Shown: in pieces, positions 24,926 through 35,165 of the stretch
Layout: each line of letters starts with the position of its first letter
Numbering within the stretch: the first letter of the stretch is position 1
Virus record (IMG/VR): IMGVR_UViG_3300006104_000013
Coordinates: 1 to 64,000 of that record
From: a virus
Length of the DNA stretch: 64,000 nucleotides
Direction: 5' to 3' (one strand)
Notes under the pieces: model-generated
Databases searched by the model: none
Seen by the model: only the letters and a program-made list of their open reading frames with translations
What the model was told of the DNA's origin: nothing
Position numbers and translations under genes: made by a program

Positions 24926-27658
24926 ATGAGCGATCTTGCCAGGGGTTTTTCCCGCGAACCACAATCTATGACCGAGGCTACCTCCCCAGATTCTGGGTTC
25001 AGAGTCATTGTGGCCGACGATGGGGGCGAGCCGATCATCGATCCCGAAACTGGGGCGATGAGCATCGAGCTTGAGGATGGTCAAGTTCTGATCGACCTGG
25101 ACCCGCCGTCCCAGGAAGAAGACGACTCTGAGGATTTCTACGAGAATCTGGCCGAGAAGATCAGCGAGAACGACCTCCAGCATATCGCGAACGACTTGCT
25201 GGAAGCGATCACCGCCGATGAACTGTCTCGTGTGGATTGGCTCGATACCAGAGCCAAAGGCATCGAGATGCTTGGCTTCAAGGTTGATGAAGAGCGCAGT
25301 GCGACGGCGACGGGATCACCGACCGACGGCATGTCATCCGTTCGCCACCCGTTGCTTGCGGAGGCGGTTATCCGGTTTCAGGCCAATGCCTCTGCCGAAC
25401 TTTACCCGACGGAAGGGCCGGTCAAGGTCCGCAATGACCAGATGCCTGTTCCGCCCAACAGCGACATCCCAGACCCGTCCGGTCTGAACAAGAACGACTT
25501 GGCCGAGGCGCTTGAGCGTGGGTTCAACCATTACCTCACCAATATCGACAAGGGCTACCGCTCCGACTCTGTGCGGATGCTGTTCTGGGTTGGCTTTGGT
25601 GGGTGTGGATTCAAGAAGGTTTACAATGACCCGATCCGCCGGATGCCGCTGTCGCGGTCAGTCGATGCCCAGGATCTGATCGTCAACAACAGCGCGAACG
25701 ATATCAACGATGCCGGGCGCGTAACCCACGTCATTAAGATGCGCCGCTCGACTCTGGTTCGGATGCAAATCGCCGGGGCTTATCGCAAGGTGTCTGACCT
25801 GACCGACCCCACCGAGAACATCAACGTGGTCGATGATAAGATTGCCGAGGTCAAGGGATTTGCGGCACGCAACAACCGCCCGGAAGACAACGAGTACACT
25901 GTTTACGAATGCTATTGCGAGCTCGACATCCCCGGTTATGAACACAAGGTCGAGGGCCAAATATCTGGACTCCAGCTCCCTTACAGAGTCAGCATCGAGA
26001 AAGATTCCCGCCAAGTCTTGGACGTGCGCCGGAACTGGAAGCCTGACGATGAGATGTGCCGCCAAAAACAGGTCTTCGTCAAATTCCCGTTCGTGATGAC
26101 GATGGGCTTTTACGACACCGGGCTCTTGCAGATTCTGGGGAATACCGACAAGGCCCTGACCGGCGCATGGCGCTTGATGCTGGATGCCGGGATGTTCTCA
26201 AATTTCCCAGGGTTCCTATATTCGGAAAATTCTGGCCGCCAGACCACTAACAATTTCCAGGTCCCGCCCGGAGGTGGCGCAAAGGTTCAGACCGGCGGCC
26301 AGCCGATCCAGAACGTGGTGATGCCCCTCCCCTATAAGGACGTCTCTGCTGGGCTGATGCAATTGGCCAAGGGGATCGAGGAAGCCGGTCAGCGCCTCGG
26401 CGGCACGGCAGAGCTCCAGGTCGCCGAGACAAAACAAGATGCCCCCGTCGGCACGACTCTGGCCATGATCGAACAGGCCACCAAAGTCTTGGCCGCCGTC
26501 CACGTCAATCTTCATGCGGCCCAGGCCGAGGAATTCCAGCTCCTCAAGGAATGCTTCCGCGAAGATCCGGAGGCTTTCTGGCGTCACGATCGCCGTCCTG
26601 TCAAGCAATGGGAAGTCGCGGAATTCATCCAGGCCCTGAATGATTACGACCTAGTCCCCATGGCCGACCCGAACACGCCCAGCCATATGCACCGGATTAT
26701 GAAGGCCGTGGCGATCAAGCAGCTCCAGGCTGCCAATCCCCAAATGTATGACGCCAAGGCTGTCGATACCCGGATCTATCGCATGATCGGGGTCCCCAAT
26801 CCCCAGGCCCTGTTCAGCCAACAAGAAGCGCCCCCCGCACCGCCCCCGGATCCGAAGTTGATCGAGCTCCAGATGGAAGCCCAGATGAAGGCCCAAGAGA
26901 TGAAGGTCCGGGCCGCAGATGCTCAGACGGAGGCCCAGGCCAAGGTGCGCGACGATCAGGTTCGACTCCATGCCGATCAGACAGAGTCGGCCGACCGCGC
27001 CGCCGACCGCGCCTCACGCGAGAGAGTTGCCCTGGAGAAAGAGCACACCGCCCGCATGAAGATCCAGGCCGAAGCCCAGGCCAAGAGCAACGACAACATG
27101 GTCAAGGCTCAGGCCGCGCAGCCGGGACACTTTGCAGATGGCGGTGAGGTTGACCCGAACGATGCTCCTCCTGACAAGGTGGCCGCCCCGCAGCCTCAAG
27201 AGCTTCCGGAATGGGCGCAAAATTATCACGCCTTTGCGAGTGGGCCGAGGACGGAGTCTCCGGATCTTGGCGAGGACGGCGAAAAGAAGTTCCAGCAGGA
27301 CATGGCCAACAGCAAATACTTTAAGACTCTGCACAAAAAACTGAAGCAGGACCCGGCGAACGCAGACCTCACGCAAGAGGAATTGCTGAACGAAGTCACT
27401 GACCCGAATGGCGACTATAATATTCGCATGGCCCACCAGCTCGGGATTAATCCGACTCTGAACAAATATGATGGGCTCTATCACTATCCCGACTCCGCCC
27501 CGGATGGGACCATGCTGAAACAGCCCGATCACCCGACCGCCTGGATGAACTTCTTCCAGAACCAGTACGGCATCGACCCACAGAACCTGGGGATCAACAG
27601 CTACTTGTCGGCCCTCCAGTATTCCCAGCAACACAATGCCCCAGCACGAAAGAAGTAG
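24926..27658 (+). CDS. portal protein with extra C-terminal domain
   Basis: HPLLAEAVIRFQA, GCGFKKVY, LLDAG-type and PVGTTLA..EQ motifs of P22-like portals. Confidence 0.92.
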   Translation: MSDLARGFSREPQSMTEATSPDSGFRVIVADDGGEPIIDPETGAMSIELEDGQVLIDLDPPSQEEDDSEDFYENLAEKISENDLQHIANDLLEAITADELSRVDWLDTRAKGIEMLGFKVDEERSATATGSPTDGMSSVRHPLLAEAVIRFQANASAELYPTEGPVKVRNDQMPVPPNSDIPDPSGLNKNDLAEALERGFNHYLTNIDKGYRSDSVRMLFWVGFGGCGFKKVYNDPIRRMPLSRSVDAQDLIVNNSANDINDAGRVTHVIKMRRSTLVRMQIAGAYRKVSDLTDPTENINVVDDKIAEVKGFAARNNRPEDNEYTVYECYCELDIPGYEHKVEGQISGLQLPYRVSIEKDSRQVLDVRRNWKPDDEMCRQKQVFVKFPFVMTMGFYDTGLLQILGNTDKALTGAWRLMLDAGMFSNFPGFLYSENSGRQTTNNFQVPPGGGAKVQTGGQPIQNVVMPLPYKDVSAGLMQLAKGIEEAGQRLGGTAELQVAETKQDAPVGTTLAMIEQATKVLAAVHVNLHAAQAEEFQLLKECFREDPEAFWRHDRRPVKQWEVAEFIQALNDYDLVPMADPNTPSHMHRIMKAVAIKQLQAANPQMYDAKAVDTRIYRMIGVPNPQALFSQQEAPPAPPPDPKLIELQMEAQMKAQEMKVRAADAQTEAQAKVRDDQVRLHADQTESADRAADRASRERVALEKEHTARMKIQAEAQAKSNDNMVKAQAAQPGHFADGGEVDPNDAPPDKVAAPQPQELPEWAQNYHAFASGPRTESPDLGEDGEKKFQQDMANSKYFKTLHKKLKQDPANADLTQEELLNEVTDPNGDYNIRMAHQLGINPTLNKYDGLYHYPDSAPDGTMLKQPDHPTAWMNFFQNQYGIDPQNLGINSYLSALQYSQQHNAPARKK

Positions 27659-27661
27659 ACC

Positions 27662-28066
27662 ATGGCACTCCAATTCGACGTCACCACACGCACCAACAAT
27701 ATGCAGGACATCATCACCTCGATCGGCACGAGTGGATACCTGATCATTTATGCCGGGACTCCGCCCGCTTCGGTGGCAGCGTCCTTGTCTGGCACGACAG
27801 TCCTGGCCGCGCTCCCCCTGTCGGCGGTGGCCGGTGTGGCGTCTGGCGGCGTCCTGACATTCAACGCGATCACGCAGATCAATGCGGCTGCACCCGGGAC
27901 GGCGTCGTTCTTCCGTTGCTCGAACAATGCCCAGAACGCCTATTATGTTCAGGGCACCGTTACCTCGACCGGCAGCGGCGGAGACATCCAGTTGAACACA
28001 ACCGCGATCGTCATCGGCGGCCCCGTCCAGATCACCTCGTTGACGTTCACAGCTCCGGGGGCGTAA
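27662..28066 (+). CDS. virion structural protein
   Basis: L.IY.GT.PA...GTASFFR...QGTV pattern. Confidence 0.75.
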   Translation: MALQFDVTTRTNNMQDIITSIGTSGYLIIYAGTPPASVAASLSGTTVLAALPLSAVAGVASGGVLTFNAITQINAAAPGTASFFRCSNNAQNAYYVQGTVTSTGSGGDIQLNTTAIVIGGPVQITSLTFTAPGA

Positions 28067-28069
28067 GCC

Positions 28070-29149
28070 ATGGCAGATAACACAGTCATTAACGTCGGTA
28101 GCGGCGGTGATGTCATTCGTGACATCGACCGCACGACAGCGAAGACCCAGGTCGTTGGACTCGACTTCGGCGGGACGTCTGGTGCCGGTGGCGAGCAGCT
28201 TGCAACGTCAGCCAACCCACTTCCGGTTGTTGAAGTCACGGCTCAATCGTCGGACTCCCCGAACTTTGTTGCCATTACTGGCGATCCGACGGGCGACTTC
28301 GCCGGGCAGAACCTCCTCGAACTGGTGATGAATGACCAGTCTGGCCTGAACTTCAACGTCAAGGTCGTCAATCCGCCCAAGGTCGATGCGACTGGCGCGG
28401 CAATCGCATCCGATGCCCCCGCGCCGATCCCGCTGTCCGGCGTTGTGAACGCCAACCTTGTCATCGACACCACGGGCTACCAGAGCATCAGCATTCAGAC
28501 TAGCACGCTGGCAGGGAACGTGACGTGTTCGGATGACGGCGCGACGTGGTTTGCTTTGTCTGGGACGAACAAAGTGATCGCGGCAGCGTATGTCACGGCG
28601 GTCACGGCGGGCGCATCGTTCAACTTCCCCTGCTTGGCCCGGTACATCCGCATCACGGTCACGACGGCTGGGGCCGGAGTGGCCTATTTGCGGTCGCAGC
28701 CCTGGAACCCAGGCTATTCGACTCCGCTGCCAAGCAACGTCTCCCAATTGGGCGGCACCGCTGTCGTCACAGGCGGCTTGGCTGGCGTGTTGGCTGTTGG
28801 TGGAAACGTGGCCCAAGGCGTGGCTCCGACGACCAACCCCGTGAACATCGGCGGCTGGGATGGCACTTATACCCGTCGCCTGCTGACTGACACCTCCGGT
28901 CGCCCGCTGATCGCTACTGACACCACTGGTTCTGGGGTGCTGTCGGTGCGGCAAGACTATGGGTCGCAGGCCAACGAGCCGCTGATCGACATCCAGACCA
29001 AGATCCTGATGCAGTTGAAGCGCATCTCGTACCTGCTGGGTGAGCTACCTGCGACACTGTCGCAGAGCATGGTGACGACGACCTTCGTCCCGCCGCAGGC
29101 TGATGACGAAATCGCCTTCCTCAACGATCCTCAGTTGTTGCAACAATAA
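28070..29149 (+). CDS. virion structural or fibre-like protein
   Basis: Thr/Gly/Ala-rich, ARYIRI beta motif. Confidence 0.7.
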   Translation: MADNTVINVGSGGDVIRDIDRTTAKTQVVGLDFGGTSGAGGEQLATSANPLPVVEVTAQSSDSPNFVAITGDPTGDFAGQNLLELVMNDQSGLNFNVKVVNPPKVDATGAAIASDAPAPIPLSGVVNANLVIDTTGYQSISIQTSTLAGNVTCSDDGATWFALSGTNKVIAAAYVTAVTAGASFNFPCLARYIRITVTTAGAGVAYLRSQPWNPGYSTPLPSNVSQLGGTAVVTGGLAGVLAVGGNVAQGVAPTTNPVNIGGWDGTYTRRLLTDTSGRPLIATDTTGSGVLSVRQDYGSQANEPLIDIQTKILMQLKRISYLLGELPATLSQSMVTTTFVPPQADDEIAFLNDPQLLQQ

Positions 29150-29274
29150 TGCCTTCAGCCGCCCAACTCTACGCTAGAAATCCGCTGACGCTGACAGGAT
29201 GCCGCATCAGCAAATTTGCCCAATACACATCGAATTTCTCCCCTCCCGCTACCCCATTTGCATTGGTGGCATAA
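29149..29274 (+). pseudogene. 41-aa remnant of a LamG-type gene
   Basis: RISKFAQYTSNFSPPATPF resembles the C-terminus of the next gene. Confidence 0.6.
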
Positions 29275-30036
29275 ATGCCTGCTATATCACAGTTGCCCGC
29301 ATTGACATTGACCGGTAGCGAGTACGTCCCCGCCCAGCAGGGCGTGGTCACTGGCGCTGCGACAACGGCGCAGATTGCCAATGTTGTAGACCCGCTGTAC
29401 TATCAGAATTGTTGTATGCCGAGAGCAACAGCTAACAACACTGGCGTTGACCTGTCGAGCAACGCCGCGACAGTAACAAACGTCGGGCTAACCACTACCA
29501 ACATCAATTCCAAACAGGACGCTTACTGTTGGCAAGGAACGGGGTCAGGGGCGTATGCAACCATCAACACCCCGCAGTACGCTACGTCGCTATTAGGAGA
29601 CTTCACGGTAGCATGTTGGCTCAACCCTGCGTCAATAGCTGTTTATAATCGCTTTCTGTCGGCGGGTCTTAGCGGGAATTTTGCATGGTTTTTCGGGTTT
29701 TCGCCATCCAGCGGCGGAGAATTTGACTTTTATGATGGCACGAACGAACTAGTTGGCGGTGCGGGGCTGTTCACCGCAGGCGTGTGGCAACATGTTGCCG
29801 CTGTGAGAAAAAGCGGCGTTTTAAGATTTTTTATGAACGGGGTGTGCGTCACCTCGCAAGCGTACACAGCAACTCCGGGCGGAACTTCGGCGGGGATGGT
29901 GATTGGCGGTCGGTACACAGGGTCAACTATGGGTGAAACGCTGAACGGGTCTTTGGCAGGGATTGAATTTCGTCAGTACGCTAAGTATGTCGCCAATTTC
30001 GCGCCGCCAACACTCCCCTTTGCGAGCATAGTCTAA
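29275..30036 (+). CDS. LamG/concanavalin A-like lectin domain protein
   Basis: DFTVACW.NP...WQHVAAVR.SG....F.NG...Y..NF.PPT.PF. Confidence 0.88.
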   Translation: MPAISQLPALTLTGSEYVPAQQGVVTGAATTAQIANVVDPLYYQNCCMPRATANNTGVDLSSNAATVTNVGLTTTNINSKQDAYCWQGTGSGAYATINTPQYATSLLGDFTVACWLNPASIAVYNRFLSAGLSGNFAWFFGFSPSSGGEFDFYDGTNELVGGAGLFTAGVWQHVAAVRKSGVLRFFMNGVCVTSQAYTATPGGTSAGMVIGGRYTGSTMGETLNGSLAGIEFRQYAKYVANFAPPTLPFASIV

Positions 30037-30620
30037 TGACAGTCGCAACCATCAACGCTGACGGCAGCATCTCCCTGTGGGGAGCGCCTAATCCTGACGG
30101 CCACAACGGGGTGGAATATCCTGTCGTGGTCACTGGTCAGCAGTCCCTCGACCCTCGCTATTACACGCAGCCTTACACGCTGTCGCAGTCAGACGGGGTG
30201 GTCACGCAGGCTTATGGGGACTTGTTGCCGGTGGCATTCGCACCAGATCCCATCACGGGCGTTGCCAGCATTCAGACCGCCAAGCTGGCAGACCTCGCCG
30301 CAGCCTATGCCACGGCCATTCAGCAGCCGGTGAGCTACACCACCCAAGGCGGCGTTAGCGAGACGTTCCAAGCCGATGATGCCGCTGTCGCCAACCTGTC
30401 CAAGATGTTGCTGGCGTTCCAGCACACAGGCGCGGTTCCCAATGGCTTCTTCTGGGTGGCCGCTGACAACAGCCAGATCCCGTTCACTTATGCCGACATG
30501 CAGCTATTGGCCCAAGCCATCGGGGTCAGCGCACTGACCGCATTCGGCAATTTGCAGGCCAAGAAAGAGGCTGTGCGGTCGGCAACAGATTCGGCCACCG
30601 TCATCTCGATCACTTGGTAG
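30036..30620 (+). CDS. tail fibre assembly-like protein (DUF4376-like)
   Basis: FQAD...W..ADNS...FT..D...L...K...V..A.....V..I.W. Confidence 0.75.
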   Translation: MTVATINADGSISLWGAPNPDGHNGVEYPVVVTGQQSLDPRYYTQPYTLSQSDGVVTQAYGDLLPVAFAPDPITGVASIQTAKLADLAAAYATAIQQPVSYTTQGGVSETFQADDAAVANLSKMLLAFQHTGAVPNGFFWVAADNSQIPFTYADMQLLAQAIGVSALTAFGNLQAKKEAVRSATDSATVISITW

Positions 30621-30764
30621 CGGAATAAGAACTATGGCGTGCTGACACCCTATTATGGTAGGTTTTGCAAAATTCTGTGATTCGACTCTCGCTGATGTCG
30701 AAAAAATTCTTTTGGTGACAGTGCCGCGCCGGGCTGTTTTCCATTGTGATGATGGAGAATATCG

Positions 30765-31475
30765 ATGCTTATCGCTGCACAGGTTGGCCCTATCGCCACC
30801 ACTGCGTCGCTGACCCCCGGAACGTCACCCAACTTGCGCCTGAGTAATATGGGCGATCTGGTCGTCTCGGAACTACACGGTCGCTTCTATGAACAGGCGT
30901 ACCGCCAAACCGGTTTCCGGATCGGCACCACGGCTGCCGTGACCCTGACCGCCAACCATGGCACCACCAACGGCGGCTCTGCCACCCTGGCCACTGCTGC
31001 CGCCGCGACTCCGATGCTGGGCTTGTGGAATCCCTCCACGTCCGGTTTCAACGCCGTGCTCCAGCAAGCCCAGTTGCAGGCATGGTACAATACCGTCACC
31101 ACCCCGACCGCCACTGGCTCGTTCATCTGGTATGTCGGCACCGCCCAAGGTGCGATCACCACCGGCCTGACCCCCTTCAACTCGAAGACTCTGGCTCAGT
31201 CCGGCTCGGTGATGAAAGCCTTCGCTGGTGCTACCGCCCTGACTGGTCTTGGTAACATCCTGACCGCCCTGGAAGCGGCCGACTTGTCGAACGCCGGTTC
31301 GGTGACTTACGGCACCATCGGTAATACCGCCATCACCCCCAGCATCGGCGGTGTGCAAAACTTCGACGGCCAGTTGATCGTCCCCCCCGGCGGTGTCTTG
31401 GCGCTGTATAACACCGGCAACGGCACGTCGTTCAACTACACCGGCCGTCTTTTCTGGGAAGAAGTCCCCGTCTAG
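30765..31475 (+). CDS. virion structural protein
   Basis: SD GGAG; ELHGRFYEQ...DG.LIVPPG...WEE. Confidence 0.75.
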   Translation: MLIAAQVGPIATTASLTPGTSPNLRLSNMGDLVVSELHGRFYEQAYRQTGFRIGTTAAVTLTANHGTTNGGSATLATAAAATPMLGLWNPSTSGFNAVLQQAQLQAWYNTVTTPTATGSFIWYVGTAQGAITTGLTPFNSKTLAQSGSVMKAFAGATALTGLGNILTALEAADLSNAGSVTYGTIGNTAITPSIGGVQNFDGQLIVPPGGVLALYNTGNGTSFNYTGRLFWEEVPV

Positions 31476-31503
31476 TATTTGCCGATAGCGCTGGAGAAAA
31501 ACA

Positions 31504-32523
31504 GTGCTACTTATATACAGGAACAATATTGACGGGGTTGTGTCTGTCGTCGGAGCTGGTGCTCCGACGATCCCGCCTGTTCTTGCTGCATCTTCTGGGA
31601 ATGTTGTTGATTTCACCGGGTATGGATCCCCGCTGATTTCGGCTGTCACAGCGTCAAGCGTGGCCGGAGCCGGCGTTGCTGGATCTGGATCACCCGTTGT
31701 TGGCCCTGTCACCGCGTATGGCGTTGAGGCAGTTGGAGTCGCCGGGTTCGGCGCTCCGGCAGCCCAGCAAGTTGTTGCTGGTGGGAGTGGTGGCGTTGTT
31801 GACTTCATCGGGTCAGGGGCGGATCAGATTGCCGCTGTTGTCTGTTCTGGGTTTGGTTCCGTCCCGATCTCCGGGTTCGGCGCTGTTACAATTGGCCCGG
31901 TTATTTGCGTGGGCACCGGCGGGACGTATTTCGTTCAGGGATCCGGGTCTCCCGTTGTTGACCCAGTTATTGCGTCCTCAGTCGCTGGAGTCGGAGTTGC
32001 CGGATCAGGTGCGGTCATCATCACCGGCCAATACGGTGCCGGGTTTGGCCTTACCGCCGACTTCTTTGGCGCGGCCAATATCCAAATCGGGCCTGTCATT
32101 TGCGCATCAACGTCTGCCGATGGCGTCTCGGGGTCTGGGTCGCGCACTGTCGGGGCCGTTACGTCTGCCGGTGTCGGCAAGGTATCGCTCTTCTATGGGT
32201 CAGGGGCCGACCAGATCGCGGCTGTTGTCGCATCAAGCTCCGGAGTCGTCGCCGTTGTAGGAGGAGGGAGTCCGAATGTCGGGGCTGTCACGTCGTCCTC
32301 GTCTGGCGGAACGGTCACATCTGGATCTGGCGCGGCCAACGTCAATGCAGTGACGGCTGGTGGCGCAGGGGAAACCGGGACCGGCGGAACTGGATCGCCG
32401 ACCATTGGGCCGGTGACTTGCGTCGGTGGGAATGCGTTTGTCATTTCGCTCTTGAGCGCGGCCAGCAATGTGCGTGGCATCCCGTCTGCTGGGCAGTTCG
32501 TAGCCTTCAGGAAGTCCGCATAA
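31504..32523 (+). CDS. Gly/Ser/Val-rich repeat structural protein
   Basis: Repeated GSG.P.VG.V units. Confidence 0.7.
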   Translation: MLLIYRNNIDGVVSVVGAGAPTIPPVLAASSGNVVDFTGYGSPLISAVTASSVAGAGVAGSGSPVVGPVTAYGVEAVGVAGFGAPAAQQVVAGGSGGVVDFIGSGADQIAAVVCSGFGSVPISGFGAVTIGPVICVGTGGTYFVQGSGSPVVDPVIASSVAGVGVAGSGAVIITGQYGAGFGLTADFFGAANIQIGPVICASTSADGVSGSGSRTVGAVTSAGVGKVSLFYGSGADQIAAVVASSSGVVAVVGGGSPNVGAVTSSSSGGTVTSGSGAANVNAVTAGGAGETGTGGTGSPTIGPVTCVGGNAFVISLLSAASNVRGIPSAGQFVAFRKSA

Positions 32524-32668
32524 AGACGGGTTGCGGAGTCTGACTCCTTATGCCAATATGCCGTCTACTGCGTGGAGCGTCTGGTGCTCAGAATTGCTTC
32601 GGCCAAAATCTCATACCTAAGAAGCTCTTGGGTAGTGACGATACTTAAAATTCCGACAGGAGTCTTAG

Positions 32669-33274
32669 ATGTCGCACGAGTCCCATGCTTCGATGAAGAA
32701 CGAAGCGAAACGAAATCACGATGAAAAATTGGGTCGTTTGACCGAAGGTGGCGTCAAGCATATCGTCGATGGCGATATCAAGAAGGCCATTCGCGAGCAT
32801 GAACGCCAAGACCATCCCCATACCAAACCGTCGAAGATCGCTTTGAAGCGCGGCGGCCATGTCGAAGGCGAGAGCGATCGCCCCCGTCTGGATCGCGCCT
32901 CCGGTGGATCGACCAAGAAAGGCAAGGGCACGAACGTCAACGTCATCGTTGCCGGTGGCGGCGAAAAGCAGCCCGTCCCCGTTCCCGTTCCTGCCGGTGG
33001 CCCCGCTGGTGGCCCTCCCGGAGTCGGCGGACCCCCGCCAGCTCCCCAGATGGGGCCGCCTCCGGGCGCTGGCGGACCTCCGATGGGTCCTCCCGGACGT
33101 AAGGATGGCGGCCGCCTCTCGACATATGAGAACGCTCCCGCCGGTGGCCGTTCCGGCCTGGGCCGTTTGGATAAAGCCAAGACCTACGGCCGCAAGACTC
33201 TGGGAGAAGAAGAGCCCGTCGCCGTCAACACCGAACATCGCTCAACTCTGGCCCGTGGAGGGGTGGACAAATGA
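32669..33274 (+). CDS. low-complexity virion protein with GG motifs
   Basis: SD AGGAG; KRGG, ASGG, KDGG, ARGG; Pro/Gly-rich. Confidence 0.8.
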   Translation: MSHESHASMKNEAKRNHDEKLGRLTEGGVKHIVDGDIKKAIREHERQDHPHTKPSKIALKRGGHVEGESDRPRLDRASGGSTKKGKGTNVNVIVAGGGEKQPVPVPVPAGGPAGGPPGVGGPPPAPQMGPPPGAGGPPMGPPGRKDGGRLSTYENAPAGGRSGLGRLDKAKTYGRKTLGEEEPVAVNTEHRSTLARGGVDK

Positions 33275-33459
33275 CAATCCGGGTACACCTGGAAGTCATT
33301 GACGACGAAGCGACGGAGGGTGTTACCTTCCGTCGCCGTTGCGCCGATGGACTGGACAACGTCGAGGCTGATTCCGATTATTTCGGCAACCTCAAAAAGT
33401 TCGAGCGCCATGACAATATGGCCGACGAACCCACCCGTCGTCAGGGGAAAAACGAATAG
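33271..33459 (+). CDS. hypothetical protein
   Basis: ATGA overlap, SD GGAGG. Confidence 0.55.
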   Translation: MTIRVHLEVIDDEATEGVTFRRRCADGLDNVEADSDYFGNLKKFERHDNMADEPTRRQGKNE

Positions 33460-33526
33460 ATGATCTTCCACGGCCCACGCCGGGCCGACATTTTCAGCCC
33501 AGCGCTTGTGGCTACTGTGAACGACC

Positions 33527-33736
33527 ATGATTGAGATGTCGTTCGACGCATTAGATGCGCTGGTCTCGAAAATCGAGGCTCAAATCACAGAACGCTCAGA
33601 ACACCTATCCTTCGGAGTCGCTTCGGACTTCGGGGATTACCGCAATCGCTGTGGATACATCCAAGCGATGAGAGATGTCCTTGATTACATCTCCGATATC
33701 ACCACCGAAATACATGAGGGGAAAACAAATGACTGA
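33527..33736 (+). CDS. conserved small protein upstream of GroES-like gene
   Basis: L..G.A.DF.DYR..CG.I.A pattern. Confidence 0.7.
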   Translation: MIEMSFDALDALVSKIEAQITERSEHLSFGVASDFGDYRNRCGYIQAMRDVLDYISDITTEIHEGKTND

Positions 33737-34151
33737 AGCAGCTCAGACGCTGATCATGCCGACTCCGCCGACTCCCGAGCAAGAAGCCGAACGCATTCGC
33801 GCGGCCCTGCCGGTTGACATTCAGAATGTCGAGGTCTTCGGGAACCGTATCCTGGTGGCCAAGTACGTCCGCGAGAAGATCGGGTCCATTTTCACCGCCA
33901 ACCAGACCCAGCGCGAAGATACCTTCCAGGGTAAGGTCGGTCTGGTCATCGCCAAGGGTCCCCTGGCCTTTAAGAGCGACCATGCCAACGACTTTTGTGG
34001 GCAAGATATCCAGGTCGGCGACTGGATTTCTTATAACTATGGCGACGGCAGCGATCTGGACGCCGTGGTGGACAACAAGCGCGTCGGCTGCAAGATCCTG
34101 AAGGACGTCGAAGTCCACGCCATCGTCCCCCGCCCCGACCTGTTCTACTAG
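33729..34151 (+). CDS. GroES-like co-chaperonin
   Basis: GNRILV...G.V...GP.A......VGD.I...ILKD.EV.A.V. Confidence 0.8.
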   Translation: MTEAAQTLIMPTPPTPEQEAERIRAALPVDIQNVEVFGNRILVAKYVREKIGSIFTANQTQREDTFQGKVGLVIAKGPLAFKSDHANDFCGQDIQVGDWISYNYGDGSDLDAVVDNKRVGCKILKDVEVHAIVPRPDLFY

Positions 34152-34160
34152 GATCCCATC

Positions 34161-35156
34161 ATGCCGGATGAACTCGACACATTAGAGCCGATCACAATCG
34201 TCGTTGATGACGATGCGGACTCCCATAGCGAAGCCCCAGCCGAAGGCGCTGTCGTCGATAAGAAGCCTGAAGACCATGCGATGGCCGACATCGAGGACCT
34301 GAAGCGTCAGGTTCGCAATGCCGATGCCGTTGCCGAGGAAGCCTCCCGCCGAGCCGAAGACGAGCGCCATCGCCGCGAAAGCGCCGAGCGCGAAGCCAGC
34401 CAGTATCGGACGGTGGCCAGCGAGCACGAATACAACAGCCTGCTCACTGCCATTCAGGCTGCGGTCGATCGCCTGGACTCCCTGCAAGCGGCCCATACCG
34501 CCGCCTTGGAGGCCGGGAATTACGACACGGTCAGCAAGCTCCAGCTCGACATTGCGCGGGAAACAACCCGACTCCAAACCATGGAGAACGGAAAGTACAA
34601 TATCGAGCAAGCAAAAGAGCGCCAGAAGGATCAGCCGCCCCCGACTCGCCAAGACCAGCCAATCGACTGGAGCCGCCCCTGGAACAGCGCCGAGGCCGAT
34701 CGGGTTCTGCGTGAATCGTCACCGGCATCGGCGGCATGGATGCGCGATCACAACCAGTTCTTCTCCGATGTGGGCTTCCGTCAACAGGTGACGGCGGCCC
34801 ATAGCTTTGTTGTGGCCAAGGGTATCCGGGCTGACACGCCTGAATATTTCCGCGAAGTCGAGAAGCTGGTCGGCGTTGCAGGTGATGACGAGCCGACTCG
34901 CCAGAGTCAGGCTGATGAAGTGCCTCCGGCCCGGACTCCGGCCGCCCCTCCCCGGACTCCGGCCGCCCCGGCCGCCCCGGTGTCGCGCTCGGTCCCGTCT
35001 TCTCCTGGACAGCGGACGTCGTCGCAGACCATCGTCCTGTCTCGTGAGCAGCGTGAGATGGCCCGGACTCTGTTCCATGACCATCCCAATCCCGAACAGG
35101 CATATGCCCGCAACCTCATTGCCCTCGAAAAAGAAGGCAAGCTGAAGAAGTTCTAG
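34161..35156 (+). CDS. capsid scaffolding protein
   Basis: Acidic coiled coil, G...DT.EYF, C-terminal LS.EQ...A...YA. Confidence 0.75.
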   Translation: MPDELDTLEPITIVVDDDADSHSEAPAEGAVVDKKPEDHAMADIEDLKRQVRNADAVAEEASRRAEDERHRRESAEREASQYRTVASEHEYNSLLTAIQAAVDRLDSLQAAHTAALEAGNYDTVSKLQLDIARETTRLQTMENGKYNIEQAKERQKDQPPPTRQDQPIDWSRPWNSAEADRVLRESSPASAAWMRDHNQFFSDVGFRQQVTAAHSFVVAKGIRADTPEYFREVEKLVGVAGDDEPTRQSQADEVPPARTPAAPPRTPAAPAAPVSRSVPSSPGQRTSSQTIVLSREQREMARTLFHDHPNPEQAYARNLIALEKEGKLKKF

Positions 35157-35165
35157 GAGACTTAA

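Noticed and set aside
34925-34982. Tandem CCGGCC/GGACTCCGGCCGCCCC repeats (also 43240-43272)
   Set aside because: Encode Pro/Ala or PEPT linkers; not CRISPR or iterons
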